Positions 28,694 through 40,288 of a DNA stretch of 64,000 nucleotides are shown here, piece by piece. The translations under genes were made by a program, and so were the position numbers. Each line of letters opens with the position of its first letter. The stretch's first letter is position 1. The notes under the pieces were generated by a model, which saw nothing but the letters and a program-made list of their open reading frames with translations, was not told where the DNA came from and searched no databases. Source of the stretch: an uncultured Spirochaetota bacterium (GTDB lineage Bacteria; Spirochaetota; Spirochaetia; SZUA-6; DRHE01); NCBI GenBank assembly GCA_963745745.1, contig CAVUYS010000068.1, forward strand, positions 27,614 to 91,613, written 5' to 3'.

Positions 28694-29605
28694 TCACCTC
28701 CTGATGCGCACGCCGCGCGCGGCCAGGCCGCGCAGCCAGCTTTCCTGCCCCGCGGGCAACACTCCCCAGGGATTGGCCTGCAGGCGCAGCGTCTTCAGGC
28801 GCTGCAGGCGCACGATGGACTCCGGCAGCGCCTCCAGCAGGTTGCCGTTCAGCACCAGGTACTCCAGACGGGCGAGATCCCCGATGCCCGCAGGCAGGCG
28901 GCGCAGGCGGTTGTCCTGCAGGGCCAGCTCCCTCAAGGCTCCCAGGGCCGCCAGCGAGTCGGGCAGCAGCTCCAGCTGGTTGGAATAGGCGCTCAGCTCC
29001 ACCAGCTGCCCCAGGGCGCCGATCCGCGCCGGCAGCTCGCGCAGGCGGTTGCCGCCCACGGTGAGCTCCTGGAGGCGTTCCAGGCCGCACACCCAGTCCG
29101 GCAGCTCGCGCAGGCGGTTGCCGAACAGCACCAGCCGGCGCAGCCCGGCCAGGCCGGCGATCCAGTCCGGCAGCTCTTCCAGCCCCAGCTCCGAAAGGTA
29201 CAGCTCCTCCAGCCCGGGCCGGTCCCTCAAGCCTCCCGGCAGGCCATCCAGCGGATTGCCCGCCAGGTTCAGGGAGCGCAGGGCGGGCAGCCCGCCCACC
29301 CAGTCCGGCAGCTCGCGCAGGGCGTTGCCGCCCAGGGACAGGCGCTCCAGGCCGCGCAGTCCCGACAGGAACGCCGGCAGGGAGCGCAGCCGGTTGCGGT
29401 TCAGGCGCAGGCTGCGCAGCCCGGACAGCTCCCCGAGGCTGTCCGGCAGGCCGGAGAGCTCCCGGCCCTGCAGCTCCAGGTCCACCACCCGCCCCCGCTC
29501 CTCCCGGTAGCCGAAATGGCGGTAGTCGAAGCTCGCCACCGGCGGAACCTGCTCCCCCAGGAGCCCTTCCAGGTCCCGCAGAGCGCGGGAGTCGGAGGCC
29601 TGCAT
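28694..29605 (-). CDS. Leucine-rich-repeat protein (cytoplasmic; no signal peptide seen)
   Basis: 303-aa ORF with about ten LxxLxLxxNxLxxLP units (e.g. LRSLRLNRNRLRSLP, LERLSLGGNALRELP, LRELALQDNRLRRLP). The stop lies 3 nt from the next start, with AGGAGG inside its 3' end. Confidence 0.85.
   Translation of the reverse strand: MQASDSRALRDLEGLLGEQVPPVASFDYRHFGYREERGRVVDLELQGRELSGLPDSLGELSGLRSLRLNRNRLRSLPAFLSGLRGLERLSLGGNALRELPDWVGGLPALRSLNLAGNPLDGLPGGLRDRPGLEELYLSELGLEELPDWIAGLAGLRRLVLFGNRLRELPDWVCGLERLQELTVGGNRLRELPARIGALGQLVELSAYSNQLELLPDSLAALGALRELALQDNRLRRLPAGIGDLARLEYLVLNGNLLEALPESIVRLQRLKTLRLQANPWGVLPAGQESWLRGLAARGVRIRR
28735..29470 (-). repeat. Tandem ~69-72 nt coding repeats (LRR units)
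   Basis: Near-identical DNA strings encode RELPDWVGGL, EELPDWIAGL and RELPDWVCGL, together with recurring LxxLxLxxNxL units through the LRR gene. Confidence 0.7.
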
Positions 29606-29626
29606 GAAGCTAAGATACTAAAAGGC

Positions 29627-31858
<2,232 letters not shown>

Positions 31859-31874
31859 GCGGGGCCCGGCTGGG

Positions 31875-33384
31875 CTAACCCAGGGCCCGGGCCAGGAGGT
31901 GGTGCATCTCCTCCCAGCCCAGCTCCCGCTCGAACTGGCGCAGGGTGGTGCCGGCGTCGATCAGGGCCAGCTCGATCCCGGCGATGCGGGCGAAGTCCTC
32001 CAGGTGCTCGCGTGCCCACCGCCTGGCTGAAGGCGGTGTGGTGGGCGCCGCCGGCCAGGATCCAGGCGGCGGCGGCCGTCTTCAAGTCGGGCCTGGGCAC
32101 CCAGACCGCGCGGGCCACCGGCAGCCTGGGCAGGGCCTCCTTCACGGCCACGGCCTCCACCTCGTTCACCACCAGGCGGAAGCGGTTGCCCAGGTCGATG
32201 AGCGAGGCGTTCACCGCGGGACCCGCGCCGACATTGAACACCAGCCGCGCCGGGTCGCCCTTGCCGCCGACGAACAGGGGATGGATCTCCAGGGAGGGCG
32301 AGCCTGAGGCGATGGACTCGCACAGCTCCAGCATGTGCGCTCCCAGCACCTTCATGCCCTGGGGGTCCAGGTGGTAGGTGTAGTCCTCCATGAAGGAGGT
32401 TCCTCCCGGCAGGCCCCGTCCCATGACCTTCATGGCCCGCACCAGGGCGGCGGTCTTCCAGTCCCCCTCCGCGCCGAAGCCCCAGCCGGCGGCCATCAGC
32501 CGCTGCACCGCCAGGCCCGGGAGCTGAGGCAGGCCGTGCAGGTGCTCGAAGTTGGTGGTGAAGGCCTTGAAGCCCCCCTCCTCCAGGAAGGCGCGCATCC
32601 CGGCCTCCAGCCGCGCCGCCTGCTCCAGCTCGCCGCGGCGCTCCCCGCCCTTGCGCAGGGACTTGTCCATGGGGTAGCGCTGGTCGTACTCGGCCAGCAG
32701 CTTCTGGGCCTCCGCCGCGCTCACCTGCTCGACCCGCGCCGCCAGGTCGGCGACGCCATAGCCGTACACGTCGTAGCCCAGGCGGATCTGGGCCTCCACC
32801 TTGTCCCCCTCGGTCACGGCCACCTCGCGCATGTTGTCGCCGAAGCGGGCCACCCGGGCGCCCTGGGCGTCGTGCCAGGCGCCGGCGGCGCGGGCCCAGG
32901 CCCCCAGGCGGGCCAGCACCTCCGGGTCCTGCCAGTGGCCGACCACGACCTTGCGCCGGGCCCGCAGGCGGGTGCCGATGAAGCCGAACTCCCGGTCCCC
33001 GTGCGCGGACTGGTTGAGGTTCATGAACTCCATGTCGATGGTGTCCCAGGGAATGTCCCGGTTGAACTGGGTGTGCAGGTGCACGAAGGGCTTCTGCAGC
33101 GCCGAAAGCCCCGCGATCCACATCTTGGCCGGGGAGAAGGTGTGCATCCAGGTGGCCAGGCCGATGCAGGAGGGGGAGAGATTGGCCTCCAGGCACAGGG
33201 CGCGGATGGCCTCCGGGGTGGTGAGCACCGGCTTGTACACGACCCGGACCGGTATCGCCGGGGAGCCGTCCAGGGCCCCCGCAATGGTCTTCGAATCCGC
33301 GGCCACCTGGGCCAGGATCTTTTCCCCGTACAGCTGCTGGCTGCCGGTGACGAACCACATCTCCAGATCGCCGAAGCTCTTCAT
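31875..33384 (-). CDS. araA: L-arabinose isomerase, one apparent frameshift near 32018
   Basis: ORF 31807..33402, start placed at [21 protein letters not shown] (RBS GGAGGG). AraA-typical blocks: [33 protein letters not shown] and [10 protein letters not shown]. The tail ...[22 protein letters not shown]...LARALG* is in another frame and ends at TAG 31875-31877. Confidence 0.85.
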
Positions 33385-33449
33385 GCTTTTCCCTCCTGGC
33401 ACACCCTACGGTCGATCCCCGGGGATTGTCAACTCGAGGGAGCGGGCCC

Positions 33450-33459
33450 TGAGTATATT
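33450..33459 (+). promoter_or_regulatory. TGAGTATATT box 7 nt upstream of the ATG at 33467 (candidate -10 of a leaderless transcript)
   Basis: The sequence is TGAGTATATT-ctcaccc-ATG with no Shine-Dalgarno. It shares the TGAGTAT heptamer and spacing with 19439 and 47435. Confidence 0.4.
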
Positions 33460-33466
33460 CTCACCC

Positions 33467-34429
33467 ATGCGTAACGAAAAACTGCGGACCACGGGACTCC
33501 TGGCCGGGCTGCTGCTGGCCTTCGGCGGCACGACCCTCCAGGCCCAGGTCCTGAAGGAATATCCGGTCCCTGCCGGCTCCCATCCCCACGACGTGGCCCC
33601 GGCCCCCGACGGCAGGGTCTGGTACACGGCCCAGAACGCCGGGGCGCTGGGCTGGATCGATCCGGCCACCGGAGCCGGAGGACAGGTCCCCCTGGGCCGG
33701 GGCTCCCGGCCGCACGGAGTCATCGTGGGCCCGGACGGCAATCCCTGGGTCACCGACAGCGGCCTGAACGCCGTCGTGCGGGTGGAGGCGGCCACGGGGG
33801 CGATCACCCGCTTTCCGCTGCCCGCCGGCAGCCCCGCGGTGAACATGAACACGGCCGCCTTCGACTCCCGGGGCACGCTCTGGTTCACAGGCCAGGCCGG
33901 GTACTACGGCAGCGTGGAGCCGGAAAGCGGGCGCGTACGCCTGTTCGACGCCCCGCGGGGCCGCGGGCCGTATGGGATCGCCGCGGCGCCGGATGGCTTC
34001 GTCTACTACGTCTCACTGGCCGCCGGCTACCTGGGGCGCATCGACCCCGCCTCCGGCCAGGTGAGGGTGCTGGAGCCCCCGGGCCAGGGCCAGGGCACCC
34101 GCCGGGTCTGGGCGGACTCCCGGGGCGTGCTCTGGGTGGCCGGCTGGTACTCCGGGCTGCTCCTGCGCTACGACCCGGCCGGCGACGCCTGGCAGGAGAT
34201 CCGCCTGCCGGGGCAGCGGCCCCAACCCTACGCCGTGTACGTGGACGAGCGCGACCAGGTGTGGATCAGCGACTGGGGAGCCGAGGCCCTCCTGCGCTAC
34301 GACCCGCCCTCCGCGCGCTTCCAGAGCTTCAAGCTGTCCAGCGGCGACGTGCGCCAGCTGCTGGGCCGGCCGGGCGAGCTGTGGGGGGCAGAGTCCGGAG
34401 CGGACCGCCTGGTGGTGATCCGTTTCTAA
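33467..34429 (+). CDS. Secreted beta-propeller protein, virginiamycin B lyase (Vgb)-like repeats
   Basis: The start at ATG 33467 inside ORF 32801..34429 gives the signal peptide MRNEKLRTTGLLAGLLLAFGGTTLQA. The repeats are of the type P.GVxxGPDGxxWxT (HDVAPAPDGRVWYT, PHGVIVGPDGNPWVT, PYGIAAAPDGFVYYV). Confidence 0.7.
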   Translation: MRNEKLRTTGLLAGLLLAFGGTTLQAQVLKEYPVPAGSHPHDVAPAPDGRVWYTAQNAGALGWIDPATGAGGQVPLGRGSRPHGVIVGPDGNPWVTDSGLNAVVRVEAATGAITRFPLPAGSPAVNMNTAAFDSRGTLWFTGQAGYYGSVEPESGRVRLFDAPRGRGPYGIAAAPDGFVYYVSLAAGYLGRIDPASGQVRVLEPPGQGQGTRRVWADSRGVLWVAGWYSGLLLRYDPAGDAWQEIRLPGQRPQPYAVYVDERDQVWISDWGAEALLRYDPPSARFQSFKLSSGDVRQLLGRPGELWGAESGADRLVVIRF

Positions 34430-34887
34430 CGGGGCCGCAGGACCAGGTCGAAGACGGCCTCCCGCCGGCCCGCCTTCGGGTAGTGCTGGGTCACCAGGAT
34501 GGCGTGCCCCACGGCGCTCACGCGCAGGTGGAGGTGCGGGGGCCGGCCGGCATACGGCGGCGGGGGATGGCTGGTGAAGCGGTAGCGGCCTTCGGCATCG
34601 GCGATGACCGTGGCCCGGTAGTCGTCCGAGTAGTCGCCCTCCGGGCCCGCCAGCCACAGCTCCAGCACGGCGCCGGGCAGGGCGGACCCGTCCCGGGAGG
34701 ACAGCACGCGCCCGGCCAGCAGGTAGCCCTGCCCCACCGATGCGCGCACCGGGGCTCCCGGCTCGTAGAACGGGCCCAGTGCGTCCGACGGGGTCGGGCG
34801 CAACGCTTCCTGGGCGGAAACCCCTGCCGCGGCCGAAGCGGCCAGCAGGACCAGGATCGGCAGCAGCGGGCGGACGGATCTCTCCAT
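34426..34887 (-). CDS. Small secreted intradiol-dioxygenase-like protein
   Basis: Signal peptide MERSVRPLLPILVLLAASAAAGVSA. GPFYEPGAP, LELWLAGPEGDYSD, DAEGRYRFTS and PPHLHLRV resemble the intradiol ring-cleavage dioxygenase core. RBS AGGAGGA. Confidence 0.6.
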   Translation of the reverse strand: MERSVRPLLPILVLLAASAAAGVSAQEALRPTPSDALGPFYEPGAPVRASVGQGYLLAGRVLSSRDGSALPGAVLELWLAGPEGDYSDDYRATVIADAEGRYRFTSHPPPPYAGRPPHLHLRVSAVGHAILVTQHYPKAGRREAVFDLVLRPR

Positions 34888-34896
34888 GTTCTCCTC

Positions 34897-36470
34897 CTAA
34901 TCGGACACGCTGCGGTAGATGTCCAGAAGCTGCCCGCGGATCTCCGTCGGGATGTCCCCGGCAGGGCTGCGGCGGGGGTCCAGGCGCACGGCCAGGAGCC
35001 TGCGTTCGGCCGCGCCCGCGGAGCCCGCGCCCGCGGAGCCGTTGCGGCCGCCGCGCGCTGCCGCCGTGCCGCGGGGAGCAGGCCCCGGGCCTCCAGCAGC
35101 GCGAGCAGGGAGCGCGCGTCATCCGGCTCCAGCGCCAGGGCCTGCTCGCCTTCCTCGGCCAGCCGGCGCAGGCAGGCCAGCACCTGCTCGCGCCCGTACC
35201 CGCAGCGCGCCGGGGCCGTCCCGGCGGCGGCCAGCAGGGCCACAATGCGGCGGCATTTCTCGCAGGCGCCGCAGGGCAGGGCCCGCCCCCCTTCCAGGCG
35301 CGCGGCGTGGCAGGAAACCTGCCAGGCCAGCAGGCGCGGGTAGCGCGCCGCCAGCAGCTTCTCGATGGCCAGCTCGCCCAGGGGCCGCAGAATAGAAAGG
35401 CACTGCACCTGCCAGCCCTTGGCCCGCAGGTAGCGGCTGACCGTCCGGTCGAAGTCCAGGCTCTGGTCGAAAAGCCCCTCGTAGTGCCGGATGCCGCGAA
35501 AGCGCACCCGCCGGGTGGTGTCCCGCTCGTTGCCCACCACCAGCCGGGTGAGCCCCCGGACGCGCATCAGGGGCAGGGCCCCGAACAGGAACACCGCCAC
35601 GGTCCACAGGCGGATGGGGTAGTCGTCGGCGCGCAGGCGGGCGAAATCCGGCCGCACGAAGGGCAGGCGCCGGGTCATCCAGGAGAACAGGCGGTCCGCA
35701 TTGGTCCACACGCGGGCGGTGGCCGGATCCGCGGCCCGCAGGCCGCGGTAGGCGTTCAGGGCGGTGAACCAGTGCCGGCCGCTCTCATTGACGAACACGG
35801 GGTGCGGCCGCTGGCCCAGCTCCCGCAGCAGGCCGTAGCTGGCCAGGCTGTCCTTGCCGCCGCTGGAGAGCACCGCCCAGCCCTCCCGAGCGGCGAAGCC
35901 GCGCGGGGCGGACGGGCGGCCGGGAGCGGGCTTCCTGCCGCGGGTGGGCAGGCGGGCGGCCGGCGGGTCGAAAACCAGGCGCGCCGCGCAGAAGCTCTCC
36001 GGCGCCCGGATCCGGGCCTCCCGCAGCTCCCTGCGCGGGGCCGATCAGGAAGCGGTTGGGACGCAGGAGCTTGTTGACGAAAATCTCCCGGGCGGTGTTC
36101 TCCGCCATGGCGGACAGGAAGCGCCGGTCGTGCCGGTCGTAAGGCACCCCGGAAGCGCAGGGTGCGGCAGAACAGCCCGTAGTTCAGGGCCGCCTGGGCC
36201 GCGATCATGGAGGCCAGGGCCGCGCTTTCCGGGTCCCCGGGGCGGAAGACCGGCTCCTCGTAGCGGTAGATCAGATGGAAGGTTTCCGGACGGACGGGCG
36301 TCGCCGCGCGCCGGGCGCGCCGGCCGGCTCCCTGCGCGCCGCTCAGCGTGTACGGGCAGACCAGGCGGCGCGGTTCAATCCGCACCGGCCCGATCTCCAG
36401 CCGGTCGAAGGCGCGCAGGGCCCGGGTCGCTTCCCGCCAGGACTTGTTCGTCGCCTGCTCCTCAGCCGGC
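34897..36470 (-). pseudogene. Large PP-loop ATP pyrophosphatase-like protein with a QueC-like Cys cluster; at least three apparent frameshifts (about 36140, 36040, 35050); start not defined
   Basis: The reconstruction runs in order: ...FDRLEIGPVRIEPRRLVCPYTL...FHLIYRYEEPVFRPGDPESAALASMIAAQAALNYGLFCRTLRF / VPYDRHDRRFLSAMAENTAREIFVNKLLRPNRFLIG / RRELREARIRAPESF...GWAVLSSGGKDSLASYGLL (PP-loop) ...LVVGNERD...SCHAARLEGGRALPCGACEKCRR... / ...ERRLLAVRLDPRRSPAGDIPTEIRGQLLDIYRSVSD* (stop 34897-34899). The pieces lie in ORFs 35756..37522, 35785..36147 and 34518..35873. Confidence 0.6.
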
Positions 36471-36471
36471 C

Positions 36472-37593
36472 GCCGCCCGGGCGGCCGGGAGCAGCGCTTC
36501 CACGACCTCCACCAGTGGACCCGCGCCCTGCAGCAGCGGGTCGAGCACGGGCAGGCCGGTGCGGCAGGCTCAGGGCCCGGCACACCTCGGGCACCTCTTC
36601 CGGTTCCAGCCCTTCGTGGTTCACGGTGACCGCCGCCACGGGCCGGCCGCTCAGCAGCTCGACGGCCTGGATCTGCAGCTCCAACGGCTGGATGGGGTAT
36701 CCGGGAAAGCCGTCGTAGTCCCGCCGGGCCGGGGCGTGCTGCAGGATCACCGCCTCCGGGCGCCCGGCGGCCAGCAGCTCGAAGCCCCCGGGGTAGGCCG
36801 GGTTCATCAGGCTGCCCTGCCCTTCCAGCACCAGCACCTCCGCGCCGGTTTCGCTCCAGGCCCGCCAGACGGCCTGCTCGATCTCTCCGGCCACGAAGTC
36901 GTTGATCAGCGAGTCCAGGATGATCCCGTACTCCGCCCCCTGCAGCCAGGCCGTCTGCCCGGTGCCGATGAGCCGGGCAGGGCGCCCGGACGCTTCCAGC
37001 GCGTCCACCAGGGCCCAGGCGGTGGTGCGCTTGCCCACCGCCGAGTCGGTGCCCAGGACGGCCACCTTCAGGGCCCGCACCTGCTCGATGCGGCCCGTGA
37101 AGGCGTGCAGCTCGCCGCGCGGCGGGGTCCGGCGCACGTCCCGCAGGCGCACCCCGCGCAGCGCGGCCCGCGCGGCGATGTCCGGGTCCTCGCCCAGGAA
37201 GTCGTGCAGCCCGCTGTCCACGTGCAGCCCCAGGTCGATGGCCTGCAGCACGGCCCTGCGGTCGCGCGGGGAAAGCCGCCCGCCGTCGGGGGCCAGGCCG
37301 ATCACCAGGTGCGTGGCGGGCAGCCCCCGCTCGCGCGACTCGCGCACCGCCTCCGCGAGGGCGGCGTGGATGGGGATCCCGGCCGGCCGCCGATCCAGCA
37401 GCTCCCCCGCGTCCCGGCCCGCGCAGGAGGAGTCCACGACCGAGAGCACCCGGTAGCGCCGGCTGCGCCGGACCAGGCCGTGGGCGGTCTTGCCGTAGGT
37501 GGTGCGGAAGGCCCCCTGGCACCAGATCACCGCGTTGCCTTCCGGGAAGGCGGAGGCCGGCCGAGTGCCGGCAGCAGGCAGACGCCCGCTCAC
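36472..37593 (-). CDS. DUF1611-family P-loop protein (DgcN-like), one apparent frameshift near 36550
   Basis: ORF 36343..37791 from GTG 37593 reads ...NAVIWCQGAFRTTYGKTAHGLVR...VAVLGTDSAVGKRTTAWAL...LVLEGQGSLMNPAYPG.... The tail continues in another frame as GLPVLDPLLQGAGPLVEVVEALLPAARAAAG*. The start overlaps the upstream stop as GTGA. Confidence 0.7.
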
Positions 37594-38708
37594 GAGCGCC
37601 TCCCGGTCAGGATGACCACGTAGCGGTCGGGGGGCAGCGGTTCCACCTGGCCGCGGTCGGCCAGGGCGATCAGGCCCGCGGTGGAGGCCGGCAGCACGTG
37701 CAGGCCTTCCCGGTCGCGCAGGAGGCGCGAGCAGGCCGACAGGCGCCGGTCGCTGGCATCCCCCGCCCAGCCGCGGCTGGCCCGGATGCATTGCAGCGCG
37801 TGCTCCCCGTCGCTGGAGTGCCAGTTGATCAGCGGCTCGTTCACCGGCGATTCGTGGATCGCCTCGGGCCGCAGGTTGCGGCAGTAGGCCAGGCCCTTGA
37901 GCGCCGCCTGCACGATGGGATTCTTGCTGTAGGAGGAGCCGGCCACCATGCGCGGGATCCGCGAGGTCTTGCCCCGGCGGTACAGGCTGGCGAAGCCCCA
38001 GTGGATGCCGGCCAGGGTCGTGCCGTTGGACACCGGGGCGGCGACCACGGCCGGAGCGTCGCGCAGCTCGTCGTAGATCTCGTAGGCGATCTGCCCGTAG
38101 GCCCGCAGCTGGATGACCGTGTTGGCCCCGCCCGGGTTGGCGTCGTACAGCTCCTCCAGCTCGGCGGCCCGCCGGGAGGCCAGCACGGCCTGCTCGTAGT
38201 CCCCGGCCACGCGCACCAGCTCGGCGCCGCGGGCCAGGATCTCGTCCCGGCGCGGGGCGTGGTAGGCATCGGGCAGGTAGATCCGGCAGCGCAGCCCCGC
38301 CAGGGAGGCGGCCAGGGCCATGGCCACGCCGTAGTTGCCGCAGGTGGCCAGGGTGATCGTCTCGTAGCGGCGGCGCAGCGCATCCATGGCCTGCACGAAG
38401 GCGATGCGGTCCTTCTGCGTGCCGGTCGGGTTGCCCCCCTCGAACTTCAGGTAGAGCTGGCGCAGGCCCAGCTCCCGCTCCAGGTTGCGGGCCCGCGAGA
38501 GGCTGGTGTCGCCCACCTCGGACTCGAAGATGTTCTCGTACGCCTGCAGGCGGCTTTCCAGCGGCATGGCCGGGTCCGCCGCGATCTGCCGATCCTCCCC
38601 GGTCTCTTCCAGCGGCCAGACCGCTTCCGGGGGACGGCCTATGTATGGGTCCTCTATTGCTTCGGCCGGTTCGTTGAGAACCGCCAGGGTCCTCGACGCA
38701 TCGTACAT
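37590..38708 (-). CDS. Fold-type II PLP-dependent enzyme (threonine synthase/cysteine synthase-like)
   Basis: Intact 372-aa ORF. The motif LKFEGGNPTGTQKDR contains the PLP-lysine. Also ATCGNYGVAMALAA, and VSNGTTLAGI (phosphate-binding loop region). RBS AAGGAGAG. Confidence 0.75.
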   Translation of the reverse strand: MYDASRTLAVLNEPAEAIEDPYIGRPPEAVWPLEETGEDRQIAADPAMPLESRLQAYENIFESEVGDTSLSRARNLERELGLRQLYLKFEGGNPTGTQKDRIAFVQAMDALRRRYETITLATCGNYGVAMALAASLAGLRCRIYLPDAYHAPRRDEILARGAELVRVAGDYEQAVLASRRAAELEELYDANPGGANTVIQLRAYGQIAYEIYDELRDAPAVVAAPVSNGTTLAGIHWGFASLYRRGKTSRIPRMVAGSSYSKNPIVQAALKGLAYCRNLRPEAIHESPVNEPLINWHSSDGEHALQCIRASRGWAGDASDRRLSACSRLLRDREGLHVLPASTAGLIALADRGQVEPLPPDRYVVILTGRRS

Positions 38709-38843
38709 CGTGGCTCTCCTTGGGGAATGATGGTGGGTGGTTGGGGGGGGAGAGGGTTTAGGTCGGCACGTCCGCGAACAGCTCGGGTCGCAAGTTCATT
38801 GGCCCAAACATATAACGTCCGCCGCGCACTGGCAAGATAAATC

Positions 38844-39347
38844 TTACTTTTTTTGTAAACTTTTCTTGGCTCGGCCGCCGGCACCACCAGCGCCGGCCCC
38901 GCCCGCCTTGCCGCCAGCGCCGGCCCCGGAGGCCCGGCGCCGCCAGGCCAGGCGCACCCCGTCGCGGCCGGCGGCGTAGTAGTTCTCGAACCGTCCCTCC
39001 TCCCGGAAACCCAGGTCCCGGTAGAAGCGCAGCAGGCGGCGGGAGGAGCGGGCCACCAGCTTCAGGGCCGGGTAGCGGGCCTGCAGCGCGGCCAGCAGGC
39101 TCCTCCCGTGGCCGCGCCCGCGATGGCGCGCGGATACGGCGATGTCCACCACCTCGGCGAAACCCCGGCCCTCGTCCTGCTCCACGAAGGCGTAGCCGGC
39201 CACCTCGCCGGCCCCGTCCGTCAGGACCAGGCCCGCGCTGGCGTCGGCCAGCAGGTCCACGATGCCGAAGGAGTTCTTCCAGACCTGCCGGTACAGGCGC
39301 ACCACCCCGCGCACGTCGGCCAGCCCGCGGATCCCGCGCACCTTCAT
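38844..39347 (-). CDS. Small GNAT N-acetyltransferase (RimI-like) with a Gly/Ala-rich basic tail
   Basis: The start at MKVRGIRG (ATG 39347) inside ORF 38844..39824 overlaps the upstream stop as ATGA. Acetyl-CoA motif VSARHRGRGHGRSLL. The tail is GAGAGGKAGGAGAGGAGGRAKKSLQKK. Confidence 0.7.
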   Translation of the reverse strand: MKVRGIRGLADVRGVVRLYRQVWKNSFGIVDLLADASAGLVLTDGAGEVAGYAFVEQDEGRGFAEVVDIAVSARHRGRGHGRSLLAALQARYPALKLVARSSRRLLRFYRDLGFREEGRFENYYAAGRDGVRLAWRRRASGAGAGGKAGGAGAGGAGGRAKKSLQKK

Positions 39348-40288
39348 GAAGCGGCCTCCTGGGCGCCGGCGTACCGCCAGCGATAGAACACGGCCCGGGT
39401 GTTGAGGAAGCGGCGCTTGTAGTCGTTGAGGATGGCGCTCAGGTCGTACCAGCGCACCCCCGCCCGGCGGGCCTCCTCCATGTTCGCCAGGATGGCGAAG
39501 TGGCCCAGGCCCCGGGCCTGCTCCCGGGGATCGCGCAGGCACAGGTAGTCGTCCAGGCGGTCCTGCCCGTGGAGCACGGAGAAGTTGGCGGCCACCAGGC
39601 GCCCGCCCAGGCTCAGGCGCAGGGCCAGCAGGCGGCCCATCTCCTCGGCCCGCCGCATCAGGGCCAGGTCCGTGCGCACCTTGTCGCGGCTGTACTCCTG
39701 CCGCTCCTGCTGCCCCGGAAACCGGTCGCGCCAGTAGCCGAGGTAGGCCTCCAGCAGCTCCTCGAGCAGCTCGCCTCTCACCTGCCGGTCGGCTTCCACG
39801 GTCAGGTCCAGGTTGCGCTCCCACACGGCCCGCAGCTGCCGGCGGTGGCGGCCCGGAAGGGAGGCCAGGTAGGCCTCCCGGTCCGGCCCCAGGTCCACGA
39901 TGGCCCCCGGGCAGGCCTCGAAGCGCTCCCGGGCCGCGGGCGCCGGGATCTCGAAGCAGCTCAGGTCGTCGGCCAGGTGCTCCGGGAGCAGCGGCAGCAG
40001 CCGCGGCAGAAGCGAGGGGGGACAGAAGTACTCCCGGGCCAGCAGGAAGTCATCGGTGAAGGTCCAGGGCCCACCCCGCTCCCGCAGCAGAGGCACGATG
40101 CCCGCGGGGCGGCCGGCTTCCAGCGCCGCGTACACGCGCAGCTCGGCCCCGCGCGGCGCGTAGAAGCTCTCCCAGATCAGCCGGTGGGCCTGCCAGTCCA
40201 GGCACAGCTCGTCCGCGCCCAGGGTGCCGGCCAGCTCCTGCCAATACGGAAGGGCTTCCTCATAAGAGTGAAGAACCAGGATGTCCAT
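39344..40288 (-). CDS. CelD/BcsL-type (FemAB-like fold) GNAT acyltransferase
   Basis: ORF 39344..40324, start probably MDILVLHS (40288). Its length and the C-terminal block GRLVAANFSVLHGQDRLDDYLCLRDPREQARGLGHFAI...YDLSAILNDYKRRF resemble the Acetyltransf_6/CelD family. Confidence 0.6.
   Translation of the reverse strand: MDILVLHSYEEALPYWQELAGTLGADELCLDWQAHRLIWESFYAPRGAELRVYAALEAGRPAGIVPLLRERGGPWTFTDDFLLAREYFCPPSLLPRLLPLLPEHLADDLSCFEIPAPAARERFEACPGAIVDLGPDREAYLASLPGRHRRQLRAVWERNLDLTVEADRQVRGELLEELLEAYLGYWRDRFPGQQERQEYSRDKVRTDLALMRRAEEMGRLLALRLSLGGRLVAANFSVLHGQDRLDDYLCLRDPREQARGLGHFAILANMEEARRAGVRWYDLSAILNDYKRRFLNTRAVFYRWRYAGAQEAAS

Noticed and set aside
33426-33459. TTGTCA at 33426 as the -35 partner of the TATATT box at 33454
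   Set aside because: The spacer would be 22 nt, which is too long for a sigma70-type promoter. Only the -10-like box is reported.
38790-38812. A sigma54-like element upstream of the PLP-enzyme gene (minus strand TGGGCCAATGAACTTGCG)
   Set aside because: The GG-to-GC spacing is off by one and the -24 box is poor. It is probably a chance resemblance.
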